Positions 50,123 through 63,990 of a DNA stretch of 64,000 nucleotides are shown piece after piece (position 1 is the first letter of the stretch; the number at the start of each line of letters is the position of its first letter). The notes beneath the pieces are model-generated. The model was given only the letters and a program-made list of their open reading frames with translations, searched no databases and had not been told where the DNA came from. Origin of the DNA: Nemertoderma westbladi (taxonomy: Eukaryota > Animalia > Xenacoelomorpha); the NCBI GenBank assembly GCA_032718475.1, contig JAUCBJ010002523.1, positions 1 to 64,000 of the forward strand, written 5' to 3'. The position numbers and the translations under genes are program-made.

Positions 50123-53100
50123 CTAATAACTTACTGTAGGACTATTGTACCTATTTTTACATTGCACACGGAGATGAGATTTAACTGCAGATTTAAAAGA
50201 ATGTTGATTATTTAGGTTTTTAATTTCATTAGGCAGAGCGTTCCAATTTTTTATGCCGTTAAAAAAGAAAGTATCAGATTCAAAGGATTTACAATTCGGG
50301 AGGTAGAAGTTTGAAGCACTAGCTCTGGTACTGTAAGAGTGTCTATCGCGTACTCTGTTGAATTTTTGTTTTAGGTAATTGGGACATTTACCATTATACA
50401 CTTTATGCACATGGTTAAGGCGTAGCTGCTTAACTCTACTATCTAAGTTAAGTAGTCCAGATTCAGAAAAGTCATCTGGAGTTAGGTGGTGCCTAGGTTT
50501 GTAGTCTTTAATAAATCGTACTACTTTATTCTGAGCTACTTGTAATTTACATTTAAGCTGTTTGGTTAAGCCTTCATACCAAGAAGAGCACGCATAGTCC
50601 ATGTGACACTGTATTAAAGAAGAGCAAAGTAACTTGCGGGAGTCGGTGTTCAAACTATTTTTATTTCTGTATAGAAACCTAAGCCTACTGTTAACTTTCG
50701 AGAAAATATTTTTCACTGTACTTTCTCCTGATAAGCAGTTATCCAATGTGGCGCCTAAATATTTAATTTCCTTTTTATTTTCAATCTTATGTCCATTACT
50801 AGTGACTTCAAACTTAGTTACCTTCTTTAACTTTCTTTTGGAACCAAACAAAATACTTTCAGTTTTACCGTAGTGAATGGATAGCTTATTATCAACCAAC
50901 CACTCATTACAGGATTCTAGAACTGCACTTAACTTTTGGGAAATATGGATAGGATCTTTATGAGAGAAAATAAGAGCACTGTCGTCGGCATATAAAATGA
51001 GTTTAAAATCGGGATCTATACTACTTATCATATCATTTACATAGCATACAAAAAGCAGAGGACCTAATATACTACCTTGCGGTACACCACAGGTAATCTC
51101 TTGTACAGTAGACAGTGATTTGCTAATGACTACAGTTTGACCTCTGTCTGACAGGTAGGACTTGAACCAGTCTATAGAACCTACACCCATCAGGCCTAAC
51201 TTACCAAGCAGAATTTTGTGATCTACAGTATCGAAAGCCTTTTGTAGGTCCAACATTACCATACCAGTATATAAACCCTTTGCGTTATTACATCTAATTG
51301 TATCAGTTAAGTTAATAAGGCAGGTGTCTGTAGAATATGATTTACGAAAACCGGACTGAAGTTCATAGATCAGATTTAGCCTACTAAGATGTGCCTCCAG
51401 CTGTAGAAAAACAGAACGTTCTAGAATTTTAGATACAATACTTAAGATACTAACAGGTCTGTAATTACAGGGTTCTACTTTACTATTCTTTTTATACAGA
51501 GGAACAACCTTAGCTAATTTCAGTTCGTCTGGTACTACATTATCTACGATAGAGTAATTAATAATAAAAGTAATAGGCACTTTAAGTACTTCAGCACCAT
51601 CCTTAAGAAAACGGGCAGGTATTAGATCTAGACCGGTACTTTTTGAGGCTGATAGGCTAAGTAGATTTTTAAAAACGAAACCCTCAGAAACGGGTTTTAA
51701 AAATAACTTTTCTGAATTTTGTAACTTTTCTAAATAAAAATTATTTAGAGTTTCGGACCCTATACTATATTTATTACTTGATAACGGTAATTTCTTAACT
51801 AAATTAGAGGCAACATTAGTAAAATAATTATTAAATAAATTATTAACTAGAGTATGATCATGAATCAGCTCACCGTTATCTTGCAGAACAATATTCGATT
51901 TAGATTTAAGGTTTTTATAACCTAAAGATTTTAGGGTAGACCATAGACTTTTTGGATTATCTTTATTCTCACTTATTTTGTTGTACAAATATTCAGATTT
52001 AGCTTTTTTTATTTCCCGTTGGACAAGGTTTCTATATTTGCAGTAATTATTATAATCAGCTAAAACACGGTATTTCCTAAATTTATACAAATAGTTATCT
52101 CTTTCTCTGATATTACTAAGAATACCCGAGGTCATCCAGGGCTCAGTGCGTTGTTTAAGACTAATTTCTTTAATTGGTGCTACAGTATTAAGTGCCTTTA
52201 AAAATATATCTTTAAAAACAGTGTACGCAAGGTTAATGTCAGCGGCCTTAAAACAGGGTTCCCATTCAGAATTAACTAACAAACTTAAAAAGCGTTCCTT
52301 GCTGTAATTTTTCATAGACCTAACTGTTACTGTTTTATGATCCCCGAAAAAAGATTTTTGTGTCTTTCTTGTGCAAAAAACTATAAAATGATCGCTTAGA
52401 CCTATAGGTAAAACCCCAGATTGTGAAATAATATCGGTATTATTACAAAGGATGTGATCTAGTAAAGTAGAAGTTTTACTGGTAATTCTGGTAGAATCTC
52501 GAATAATTTGTTTTAAACCAAACAAATTTAAAATACTTTGGTACTGTTTACAGATGGGGGATGCTTTGTGATGGTAACAGATATTAAAATCACCTAAGAA
52601 ATATATTTCACAGTCTGACCTAAGATTACATAAAATTGTATTTTCAAAATTTTGCAAAAAATCTGATTGTTTAGGGGGCCGATATAAAGTACCGATTAAA
52701 ATAGGTTTAGTTTTAGGAAGTAAAAGTTCCACCAGTAAAACTTCGTCACAAGTCTCTAAATCTTCCCTACGATTAAAAGCTAAATCACATCGAATGTAAG
52801 TACAGACACCACCACCGTGTCTGTCCCTATCCTTACGTAAAACTACGTAATTATCAATATAAATTTCTCCATCAGAAACACTATCATCGAGCCAAGTTTC
52901 AGAGATTGTTAAAACTGCTGGGTTGGATTTATTGATTAAAATACGAATTTCGGAAAGTTTTGGAAGCAGAGATCGTGCGTTTAAGTGCAAAAAATGCAGA
53001 CCTTTTTTCTTAAAAAAATTAAAAGTTTCACTCTCAGCATCACTTGGAGTTTGCAGAGGCGATGTGAGAAATGAATCGTCGGTTTCTGATTCTAAAATTG

Positions 53101-53331
53101 TATCATGAAAGGGAAGTTCGGTAAAAATACAGCTATTGCAGAGAAAACTTGGTTCAAGATTGTTTCTGGTGGAGAATAAATTACTGCGTTTCCTACGGTA
53201 ACATTTTAAATGTACAAATGTGTCACAACTCTCGCATTGGACGATCTTACTCCGAGAGTTTGTTCCTCGTTGACAGACGGGACAGTTGATCTTTGGGGCC
53301 CGCGTCCTGCTGGGTCCTGGGTTGGTCTCAA
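50123..53331 (-). CDS. LINE polyprotein: PHD finger, AP endonuclease, reverse transcriptase (its 5' part lies at 54235-54525, beyond the MITE)
   Basis: CPVC..CESC..H..C..CNSC; HLNARSL, SETWL, GDFN, SDH; NYRPVSIL, LDLQKAFDTVDH, GVPQGSILGP, YADD, KYLG. Confidence 0.95.
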
Positions 53332-54234
53332 CCCAGTGAAAAGTGCGCAAGCGTATCGCAAGCGTGCAACGCAGGCGTATCTCATGTGATTCCCAAGAGT
53401 TATGGCCCGACCTTTACGCAAGCGATCTACTTGAGTTATGTCACATAAATATCGCAACAACTTGCATTCAGTCGCATAAAACTCACATGCGATTCACTTG
53501 CGACTTTCAAGCGTCATGGCGCATAAATATCGCAAAAATCTACTGGTTGTGATTTTTGTGTAATATATTGAGACCTTTTGTGGCAGAAAATATGATACAG
53601 TAGTTGATTATTCCACTACTGTTTTATACTATTGGCTTCCATATCATCTGCCTACTGTACTTACCTTACATTACATTACATTACATTACATTACACTCTC
53701 TAGACTTAGAACATTAGACATGCTGTATGAATCAATACTAGAAATGGTTGGTTATATACAGGATAATACAAATAGATTAAAACAACCATGATACACTTTT
53801 AACTATTCCCTATAATTTTCAATTCTATAAAATATATTAATATAATCTCTGTATTCGACAGCCATATTAGATAATTCGTATTCATCCATTTTATATTTTA
53901 AAACTATTTATTTCTTGATAGGCAACTTTATTTTAATTAATATTCTTTAGTGTAATTAAAAACATGCGATTCGCATGGGAATTAACTCTTGAGAATCTCA
54001 TGGTGTAAAACATGCGTAAAATAAGCGTTAAATGAGGTGTGATTCGCATGCGGTTTTCATGCACGGAATCACATGCGTAAAATAAGTTGTGAATCGCATG
54101 CGTGGAATCGCTTCCCTATTTTACATGTGATTCACATGCGAATCACACGAGTTTTATCGCTATTTATTGAGCCGCAATAAAAACGCATGACGCTTTAAAA
54201 TCACTTGCGATACGCATGCGCATTTTTCACTGGG
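53332..54234. mobile_element. Non-autonomous CACTA/EnSpm-type DNA transposon (MITE)
   Basis: TIRs CCCAGTGAAAA.TGCGCA.GCGTATCGCAAG at both ends, 2-bp TSD AA, subterminal gcgattcgcatg-like repeats and internal (ttaca)n. Confidence 0.85.
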
Positions 54235-55230
54235 AATATCCCCAGCCAGAGACAGTAGACAGAGTTTAGCGATTAGGCCTCTAGATCGTGGAGAGGAGAC
54301 CCAAGATCTTCTTCCCCGACGAGAGCAGTAGAGGCTAAATCCACTCGTCGACCACATCTCCGTCGATTCGGCGCGGCAGTTCGAAACGGTAGCGACAGGG
54401 TGTTCCGCAAACCAGTCCAATACGGGTATTGGGTGGGTTGCAGGGTTACCCCGCGGATCAGATGGTTCTGCCACAACGAAACGACCCAGAACGATGAAAA
54501 CTGTGGAGATTAAGAGCGGGGACATTGTGCTGTCTGGCTGTAGTCTGACTCAGGGATAAAAACTGTATAGGCCTAGTACCGGTATCTTTCTTGGTCTTAT
54601 TGTCGGCAGGCCTACAGCTTAGTGATGGTTTATGGAGAGGCAAGAGGCATTAGACAATACAATTGCTCGGTAGAATCAACTAATATTGTAATTTTGCCTC
54701 CAGAAGATGGCAATGATTCTGAAACCGAGCAGGGAGGTGGAGATGAGGACACGAACTTTGGGAGTTCCGAATTTCCTACAACAGTATCTGGTTGCGTTGA
54801 ACTATTCAACCTCGTTGATCATGACATTGATGTTGAGTCCTGGTCCACTGATAAGGCTAAGTGCCCAGGTGAGGCTGTTCTACCACCTACAGAGACTGTG
54901 GAAGCTGGTTCCTCTGGATCAGTTGTCATTCCCCCTGTTGTCAAAAGACGTCGAACTGATAAGAAGAGTACGGTACCAGTAGGAGGTAGACCCGATATGT
55001 ATTTTGTATTATAATATCGCTCATAAATATGCAACCACCACCATTGCAGATGCTGTTTATAATTAATTGAGTTTATAATAAATTAATCATACAAATCTAA
55101 CACCATATAAGCACCCTACGGTGTTAATAACGAGTTATGTAAATACAAGAAATACAATTTATATATACTACTGTTCTACTGTATATTAACCAACGTCACC
55201 CATGCCAAGATAAGATTCGGGTTGTTTGAG

Positions 55231-57494
55231 TTAAGTTTTGTAAAAACCAAGTATTTTGTTTTGTTTGGCGTTGCGGGGATGTATTGATTGCAGAGTAGAC
55301 TCAATTTTTTGTTCTACACTTGAATCAGTTCTTGGTTTAATCTTGTCCTTGCTAATGGTTATATTTTCTAGTCCTGTTGGATTTGGCGGAACTTCCAAGG
55401 GGATTAAATGTTTAATAGAGCGAGTCAAATAAGTAGCCTCTTTGCCTCTTTTTGCTATTTTAATTCGTACTGAACGAATTTCACCATCTCTGCTTTCGAA
55501 TAATTTGTCGACCCTGAAGATTTTCCACAAACAACGGGGTAATTTTTTGTCACACAATAAGCAAATGTCGCCTATGGCGGGTTTGATCAAATTCGATTCA
55601 GACCGATTATTGGTGCGGTGGCTTTTGCGTAACACTTTTAAGTAGTGGTCACGCCAAAATTGCCAAAAGCAATTAGCCGCAGTCTCTTGATATTTTTTTC
55701 TGTTTTTGAGGGTTTTTGCGGTTATTTCTAAATTTTGGGATTTGACAACCAGGTGGGGTAATGCACAGAGCCTCTTCCCAACCAGGAAGTGACTTGGAGT
55801 AAGGACATCAAAACGCTCTGTGTCGTCAGTATGTATATAAGTCAGCGGCAAACTATTTACAACTCCTTCACAAGTTACAAGTAGGTTGCAAATTCGTCAT
55901 CTGTTAGTACAGCCCATCCTATTACTTTACATAGGTTGGATTTTACACTGCCAACCAGCCGTTCTATGAAGCCATACGCAGATGGATACCTCTCAACATT
56001 GAACTTCCATTCAATTGATAAATTTCCGAATGCGTGTTTAACTGCTTCACTATTTAATACTTTATTGTATAACACTAATTCTTGGGATGTTTTTTTAAAT
56101 GTACTGGCATTGTCACTTAATATCAGTGATGGTATACCCCTACGGCTTATAAAACGTTGCAATGCTGATATAAATGACGATGTAAACTTGGGGCAAGTTC
56201 TAAGTGGATCGCCCTGGTTACGGCACACGTCATTAGGGCGACATAAACTTTAGTGATACTACCTTGTGGGTCACTAAGTGTCCGTGTTACATTTACTGTA
56301 GAGGACCGCATAAATCGATTCCTACATTGGTAAATGGGGATGATTGTTCCGTTAATCGTTCTATTGGTAGTGGACTAATGTCAGGTGATTTATATGGCTT
56401 ACCCTGTATTACTTTGCAACTAATACAGTTTCGTAGCACACGTTTGATGACTTGGCGACCACGAGGTAACCAATAGTTTTCCCTTAGCTGTGCGAGTGTG
56501 GCTCTAACGCGACCATGCATAACCTGTTCGTGGGCAGTGCGAATTATTAATACTGTATAGTGGTCATTTGCTGGAAGTAATATTGGATTTTGAGAATTCC
56601 AAGATAGAAGTGGCGTCTTCGCCCTGCCCTTTGAACGAATAATCCCGCTACAATCGATGAACAAATTCAATTGATTTACTAACTTTGAGCACTTACCTTT
56701 TTCTTGTGTTAAATATTGGATGATAGGCATGTAATGTTGTGATTGTATATGTTTTATTAATAACATTTCTGAGGTTTGAATTTCTTTGGTTGTGACTGTA
56801 TTATCTAGTATAAGTGCGTTACTTGTAAGCCTTTACCTATTTTTGCTTTCACATTAGCAATGAATCTTAACACCCATCCCAATATACGAAGTGGTTGAAG
56901 TTTTGAACTATATTTCGTATAATCAATAACATTAGATATAGAACAGTTTTGTTGAGAAATCACAGTTGTGGTTTGTGTGATTATTAATGGGGCGTGTTTT
57001 ACTTCTTTCAAACACTCATTGGAAATTTCAGTGGTAATGGGACACTCTGGCCAGCTTTCCTCTCCACCAGAAAGAAGAAATTTCGGACCATGGAACCACA
57101 ATTCCGAATTAATCAGTTTTTTTGTGCTGATTCCTCTTGCAGGAATATCAGCCGGATTATCATGACCTGGGCAATAGCGCCATCTAGCGTTCATTTTTTC
57201 TGTCAACACGTTTATACTTTGGACTCTATTCTGTACAAACTGTTTATTTTGTTTATTGCCATGTAGCCAATACAGTACGTCGTGAGCATCAGTCCAAAGA
57301 TAGACTGTGGAATCCTGTAACTGAAGCTCACTCATGACATCATATGCTAAATATGAAAGTATATACGTTCCAAGCAGTTCCAGCTTGGGAGTGGAGGGCG
57401 GTTTATTACTTGCCTTTGATTGCGGGGTTACTTTAGTTCTACTTGTTACTAATGAAACACTGTATATAAATAACTGCTGCATACAGACGATCAC
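55231..57494 (-). mobile_element. BEL/Pao pol remnant (RNase H and integrase)
   Basis: STPKLELLG, LWTDA, FVQNRV, WRYCPGHDNPADIPARG, LWFHGPKFL; H..H..C..C; GIDLCGPL; RFISRRGIPSLILSDNA; LTPSHFLVG. Several stops and frameshifts. Confidence 0.93.
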
Positions 57495-57757
57495 TGCACT
57501 GGCTTGATTTATTTATTTTTACCCATATAAACATATACATAATAATTAAGGCACACATAATTATTGTAATATAAATTATTGTAATATATATCAGTATATA
57601 TATAAATATAATATAATAAAAATAAACTATTAGGAAGGCATTTTATACAACCATGTTCAGCATGATCCGGTCTCTTAAATATAATTTTGAGTTGAACGAA
57701 TTATGTTTTTGACAGACCAATATCAAGCAAATAAAATTATTTGGAAACAGAGAAACA

Positions 57758-60700
57758 ACACGTTCGTGGGGCCTTCGCGCAGCACGAGGCCCAGTTATTA
57801 GATACAAATTAAAATTGAGCGACTGTATCACAAAATCAGGTTTTGAGAAATTTACCCACACCACCAATCAATCAAAGAAAGGGGGACAGTACGTGTTCAC
57901 CCCTTTTAATCCCCCCCCCCCCCCCAACCTTCCCAACCACCAATACATAACCGGGACATCTACCACCCACGGAAGGGTAGCACGAACTTATTTCCAATCG
58001 CACGTTAAATATGCAAAGCCAGGTGGTTTATAGGAATATAATAAACGCAGTACTCGTTTTCATTATAAGCCTCTTTGCGTTCGTCCTGTTTTGTATTTAA
58101 ATATATTTCTTAAACGCAGGCTGACGATATTTATAATAATAATAACTAGGGATGCGATCAATATGTGAAGCCAGGTGGTTTATATAATAATTTAGTCAAC
58201 GAGGTACTCGTCTTCATTATATGCCTCGTTGCGCTCGTCGCTTGTCCTGTTTTGTCATAAAATATTTTTCCTAAACGCAGACTGACGATCTTTATACAGT
58301 TATAACTATGCGAAGTTTCGAAACTGTGCGATACATCTATGTGGAGATGTGTGATATGTGGAGATGTGTGATACAACGCCAACGCATCTTATGCCGATGT
58401 AGTAATATGGGTATTGAAATAATATTAAATCAATGTACACTCTTAAAGCTGCAGCGAAAAAATGTAGCTAATTTCCTAGGTTACATATAAAATAATAATA
58501 TTATTTTTAAGAACATTAATTTTACTACTTTGCAAAAATTCAATTAAAAAATAACCAGACATATACATTGTGGAATAAACTATTTCAGATAAGCCTACAC
58601 AACAGCCATGCCATGGATGGTATTTATGTTATTATATCTGTCATTTACCTGAGATAGCAATACAACACTTATAGTAGAGTCAATACAGGAAGGATGTTGG
58701 AATGCTGCCTGGGCTGGAATAGCAATACTGGTTGCCTATTACAATTTCTCTCTGGTTAGTCTACAGCCACAACTCCAAGCTAGCTCCACACCAGCAGAGA
58801 CTTGACCAATAATCATTCCCAGCAACTAGCTGCCTTAACACACATCCTTCCATCTATGTACCAGCATGTTAGCCAATAAATGAGCAGTATTTAATGAGAA
58901 TCAATTTTTTATGACGTTTTAATTACTTTAGATCAATTAAAGACACAATTAATAAAGCAAATCACTTGAACTAATTAAAAACTATAATAGAATGGCGTAT
59001 GTGGATTACATCTGTATAATTTTTAAGTATAATTATTTAAATCTTATACTGTAAAACAATTAATTTCCTTTAACAGGCAGGTTGAAAATGGTGTTTTTAC
59101 CGTAATCAACTTAATTAACTAATTAACTGCTATTATCTTAGCTTCTCGAAGGCCACACGGAAATTCTACTTGGAAAATTTCTAAACTTTTGCCAAACAAC
59201 ATGTGTACCAAGTTTGGATAGATTTCATCAAAGATTGGCTGAGTTATTAACGTTTAAAATTGGACGCGACAGAACGACAGAACGTCAGAACGACACGTTC
59301 GTGGGGCCTTCGCGCAGCACGAGGCCCAGTTATTAGATACAAATTAAACTTGAGCGACTGTATCACAAAATCAGGTTATGAGAGATTAACCAACACCACC
59401 AATCAATCAAAGAAAGGCGGACAGTACGTGTTCACCCCTTTTAATCCCCCCCCCCCCACCCTTCCCAACCACCAATACATAACCGGGACATCTACCACCC
59501 ACGGAAGGGTAGCACGAACTTATTTCCAATCGCACGTTAAATATGCAAAGCCAGGTGGTTTATAGGAATATAATAAAAGCAGTACTCGTTTTCATTATAA
59601 GCCTCTTTGCGTTCGTCCTGTTTTGTATTTAAATATATTTCTTAAACGCAGGCTGGGACGATCTTTATAATAATAATAACTAGGGATGCGATCAATATAT
59701 GAAGCCAGGTGGTTTATATAACAATTTAGTCAACGCAGTACTCGTCTTCATTATATGCCTCGTTGCGCTCGTCGCTTGTCCTGTTTTGTCATAAAATATT
59801 TTTCCTAAACGCAGACTGACGATCTTTATACAGTTATAACTATGCGAAGTTTCGAAACTGTGCGAGTAACTGTTGATACATCTATGTATGTGGAGATGTG
59901 TGATACAATGCCAACGCATCTTATGCCGATGTAGTAATATGGGTATTGAAATAATATTAAATCAATGTACACTCTTAAAGCTGCAGCGAAAAAATGTAGC
60001 TAATTTCCTAGGTTACATATAAAATAATAATATTATTTTTAAGAACATTAATTTTACTACTTTGCAAAAATTCAATTAAAAAATAACCAGACATATACAT
60101 TGTGGAATAAACTATTTCAGAAGCCTACAGAACAGCCATGCCATGGATTGTATTTATGTTATTATATCTGTCATTTACCTGAGATAGCAATACAACACTT
60201 ATAGTAGAGTCAATACAGGAAGGATGTTGGGATGTTGAATTTAAAGAATGATGTCTGGGCTGGAATAGCAATACTGGTTGCCTATTACAGTACAATTCCT
60301 CTCTGGTTAGTCTACAGCCACAACTCCAAGCCAGCTAGCTCCACACCAGCAGAGACTTGACCAATAATCATTCCCAGCAAATAGCTGCCTTACACACACA
60401 TCCTTCCATCGTACCAGCATGTTAGCCAATAAATGAGCAGTATTTAATGAGAATCAATTTTTTATGACGTTTTAATTACTTTAGATCAATTAAAGACACA
60501 ATTAATAAAGCAAATCACTTGAACTAATTAAAAACTATAATAGAATGGCGTATGTGGATTACATCTGTATAATTTTTAAGTATAATTATTTAAATCTTAT
60601 ACTGTAAAACAATTAATTTCCTTTAAAAGGCAGGTTGAAAATGGTGTTTTTACCGTAATCAACTTAATTAACTAATTAACTGCTATTATCTTAGCTTCTC

Positions 60701-62570
60701 GAAGGCCACACGGAAATTCTACTTGGAAAATTTCTAAACTTTTGCCAAACAACATGTGTACCAAGTTTGGATAGATTTCATCAAAGATTGGCTGAGTTAT
60801 TAAAGTTTAAAATTGGACGCGACAGAACGACAGAACGACAGGTTGATTAATGGTACCACTACGCTAAGGCTCACTCACTTCGTGGCTCGCCCCACAGAAC
60901 GACACGTTCGTGGGGCCTTCGCGCAGCACGAGGCCCAGTTATTAGATACAAATTAAAATTGAGCGACTGTATCACAAAATTAGGTTATGAGAGATTAACC
61001 AACACCACCAATCAATCAAAGAAAGGCGGACAGTACGTGTTCACCCCTTTTAATCCCCCCCCCCCCACCCTTCCCAACCACCAATACATAACCGGGACAT
61101 CTACCACCCACGGAAGGGTAGCACGAACTTATTTCCAATCGCACGTTAAATATGCAAAGCCAGGTGGTTTATAGGAATATAATAAACGCAGTACTCGTTT
61201 TCATTATAAGCCTCTTTGCGTTCGTCCTGTTTTGTATTTAAATATATTTCTTAAACGCAGGCTGGGACGATCTTTATAATAATAATAACTAGGGATGCGA
61301 TCAATATGTGAAGCCAGGTGGTTTATATAACAATTTAGTCAACGCAGTACTCGTCTTCATTATATGCCTCGTTGCGCTCGTCGCTTGTCCTGTTTTGTCA
61401 TAAAATATTTTTCCTAAACGCAGACTGACGATCTTTATCCAGTTATAACTATGCGAAGTTTCGAAACTGTGCGAGTAACTGTTGATACATCTATGTATGT
61501 GGAGATGTGTGATACAACGCCAACGCATCTTATGCCGATGTAGTAATATGGGTATTGAAATAATATTAAATCAATGTACACTCTTAAAGCTGCAGCGAAA
61601 AAATGTAGCTAATTTCCTAGGTTACATATAAAATAATAATATTATTTTTAAGAACATTAATTTCACTACTTTGCAAAAATTCAATTAAAAAATAACCAGA
61701 CATATACATTGTGGAATAAACTATTTTAGAAGCCTACACAACAGCCATGCCATGGATTGTATTTATGTTATTATATCTGTCATTTACCTGAGATAGCAAT
61801 ACAACACTTATAGTAGAGTCAATACAGGAAGGATGTTGGGATGTTGGATTTCAAGAATGATGTCTGGGCTGGAATAGCAATACTGGTTGCCTATTACAGT
61901 ACAATTCCTCTCTGGTTAGTCTACAGCCACAACTCCAAGCCAGCTAGCTCCACACCAGCAGAGACTTGACCAATAATCATTCCCAGCAAATAGCTGCCTT
62001 ACACACACATCCTTCCATCGTACCAGCATGTTAGCCAATAAATGAGCAGTATTTAATGAGAATCAATTTTTTATGACGTTTTAATTACTTTAGATCAATT
62101 AAAGGCACAATTAATAAAGCAAATCACTTGAACTAATTAAAAACTATAATAGAATGGCGTATGTGGATTACATCTGTATAATTTTTAAGTATAATTATTT
62201 AAATCTTATACTGTAAAACAATTAATTTCCTTTAAAAGGCAGGTTGAAAATGGTGTTTTTACCGTAATCAACTTAATTAACTAATTAACTGCTATTATCT
62301 TAGCTTCTCGAAGGCCACACGGAAATTCTACTTGGAAAATTTCTAAACTTTTGCCAAACAACATGTGTACCAAGTTTGGATAGATTTCATCAAAGATTGG
62401 CTGAGTTATTAACGTTTAAAATTGGACGCGACAGAACGACAGAACGACAGAACGACAGGTTGATTAATGGTACCACTACGCTAAGGCTCACTCACTTCGT
62501 GGCTCGCCCCACAGGTTGATTAATGGTACCACTACGCTAAGGCTCACTCACTTCGTGGCTCGCCCCACAT
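57758..62570. repeat. Three tandem ~1.55-1.65-kb units, Helentron/DINE-like
   Basis: Units start at 57758, 59293 and 60902. They contain aacatgtgtaccaagtttgg, (gacagaac)n, and hairpin-like ggggcct..aggccc and gctcactcacttcgtggctcgccc. Confidence 0.85.
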
Positions 62571-63341
62571 GTTCCTATCTGTTCAACCGTAAGTAGTCAT
62601 CGTTTTATTTAAGCAGGGACACAAAACGCAACCCTGTTTAAATACTGTAAGTAAAATTATCACATTGGTTACATTTTTGCATATGTGTTTCGCCGGGATT
62701 TGGCTCATCAGCTACACTAACCCGTGCAGGACACATGTTAATCAAACTAACTACACCAAAACCCAGCTAAACACACACACATACATAATAAACAAAATAG
62801 TATTGCATTCCAGATCAAATAAGCAATCATTTCCTTAGCAACACTATATGAGATAATTTGTCTAGCGCATGGTTGCTAATTATAATAAAAATAAAATAAT
62901 AGGAAGGCATTTTATAGAACCATGTTCAGCATGATCCGGTCTCTTAAATATAATTTTGATCTGGAATGCAATACTATTTTGTGTGTGTTTAGCTGGGCTG
63001 CTAGGCAACATATAAACAAGGTTCACGGTGGTATACAGCATGAGTTAAGCATAAATATTATACGCACTGAAATTGAATAGTTCTCTAATAAAAATATAAG
63101 ATTTCGATATGCAGTTAGCGTGTGCAGCAAAGCTGTTCCCTAAAATTACGTACAAGTTCAACAATCGTTCTATTAGAAACACAACATTGAGTTTTTTCGG
63201 AAATTTGCATGGAGAAGGGCATTATACAATCTTTCAACCATCAAAGGTTATGTCGGCATCAAATACTCCCTACATACAATTAAATGTGATAAACAATCTA
63301 ACTAAATTTAAACGAAATTAATTAAGGGTAGATCAACTTCC

Positions 63342-63990
63342 TCATATAAAACAATAAAGTTCGTTGAGTTCTGCTTCACGTCGCTGCTGTTCAATTTCGA
63401 TGTCATCTTCCGCTAGTTTCTCAGCAATACGTGCATTTTCATCGTCCTCGGCAGCTCTCCTCGCAGAATCTGCTAGTGCCTTTTCATATACTATTCTGTT
63501 CTGCTCAACTATCTCAGCCTCTTCCCGTAAACTGTCTGCTTCCACGATGAGTCTCTCAGCTTCTTCCAACTTACGCTATTCTACTTCTTGTTCTACTGGT
63601 TGTACTTACCGATGTTACACCACTTCAATTAATACTAGCTGTTCGGCTAGTCCGCCTTACCTGTGAGACTGCACCATCTTGTTCCTCCTGGTCAGTCTAT
63701 ATATTTGTTGTAATAGGTAATGAATGTCCAGGCAATACTACACCATGTCGCATCATTAAATAGCTAGTTAACTGTGTTATATAGTGATCGAATGTACCAC
63801 CTCAGATATACATATTCGTTCAATCTGTTCATCAGGCAGATAATCTGATCTAGGACCCTCACTTCGATCTCTTCTGAGTAGTCTAAACCGCTCTGCTAAT
63901 TGAGTGTAATTAAATCTACTGCTAGCTAGTCTATCATATAACTGCATTACAGTATCTGTCTCCCGCTGTTTACAAGCATGAAGCACTAAA
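63342..63990 (-). other. Degenerate coding-like fragments (coiled coil; possibly a gag remnant)
   Basis: Glu/Ala/Arg-rich ORF at 63342-63569 and an ORF at 63777-63986. No diagnostic motif. Confidence 0.25.

Larger units (their letters stand above)
49788..54639 (-). mobile_element. CR1/L2-group LINE (single ORF: leader-2A-PHD-APE-RT) with a (TATC)n tail and 6-bp TSD GCAAGA
   Basis: TSD at 49782-49787 and 54640-54645; (atag)n at 49787-49807. Confidence 0.9.
48695..55014 (+). mobile_element. 5' part of a piggyBac-like DNA transposon, interrupted by a LINE
   Basis: Begins after TTAA, and an inverted copy of the terminus lies at 49029-49067. The ORF from ATG 49707 (MAACSSFYGR...HTAR) rejoins in frame at 54646 (GIRQ..IVILPPEDGNDSETE..GDED), resembling PGBD2/3-type N-termini. 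Confidence 0.6.

Noticed and set aside
57815-61528. Repeated 70-100-aa ORFs in the tandem trimer
   Set aside because: They recur only because the DNA is repeated, mostly have non-ATG starts, and span variable-length C runs.
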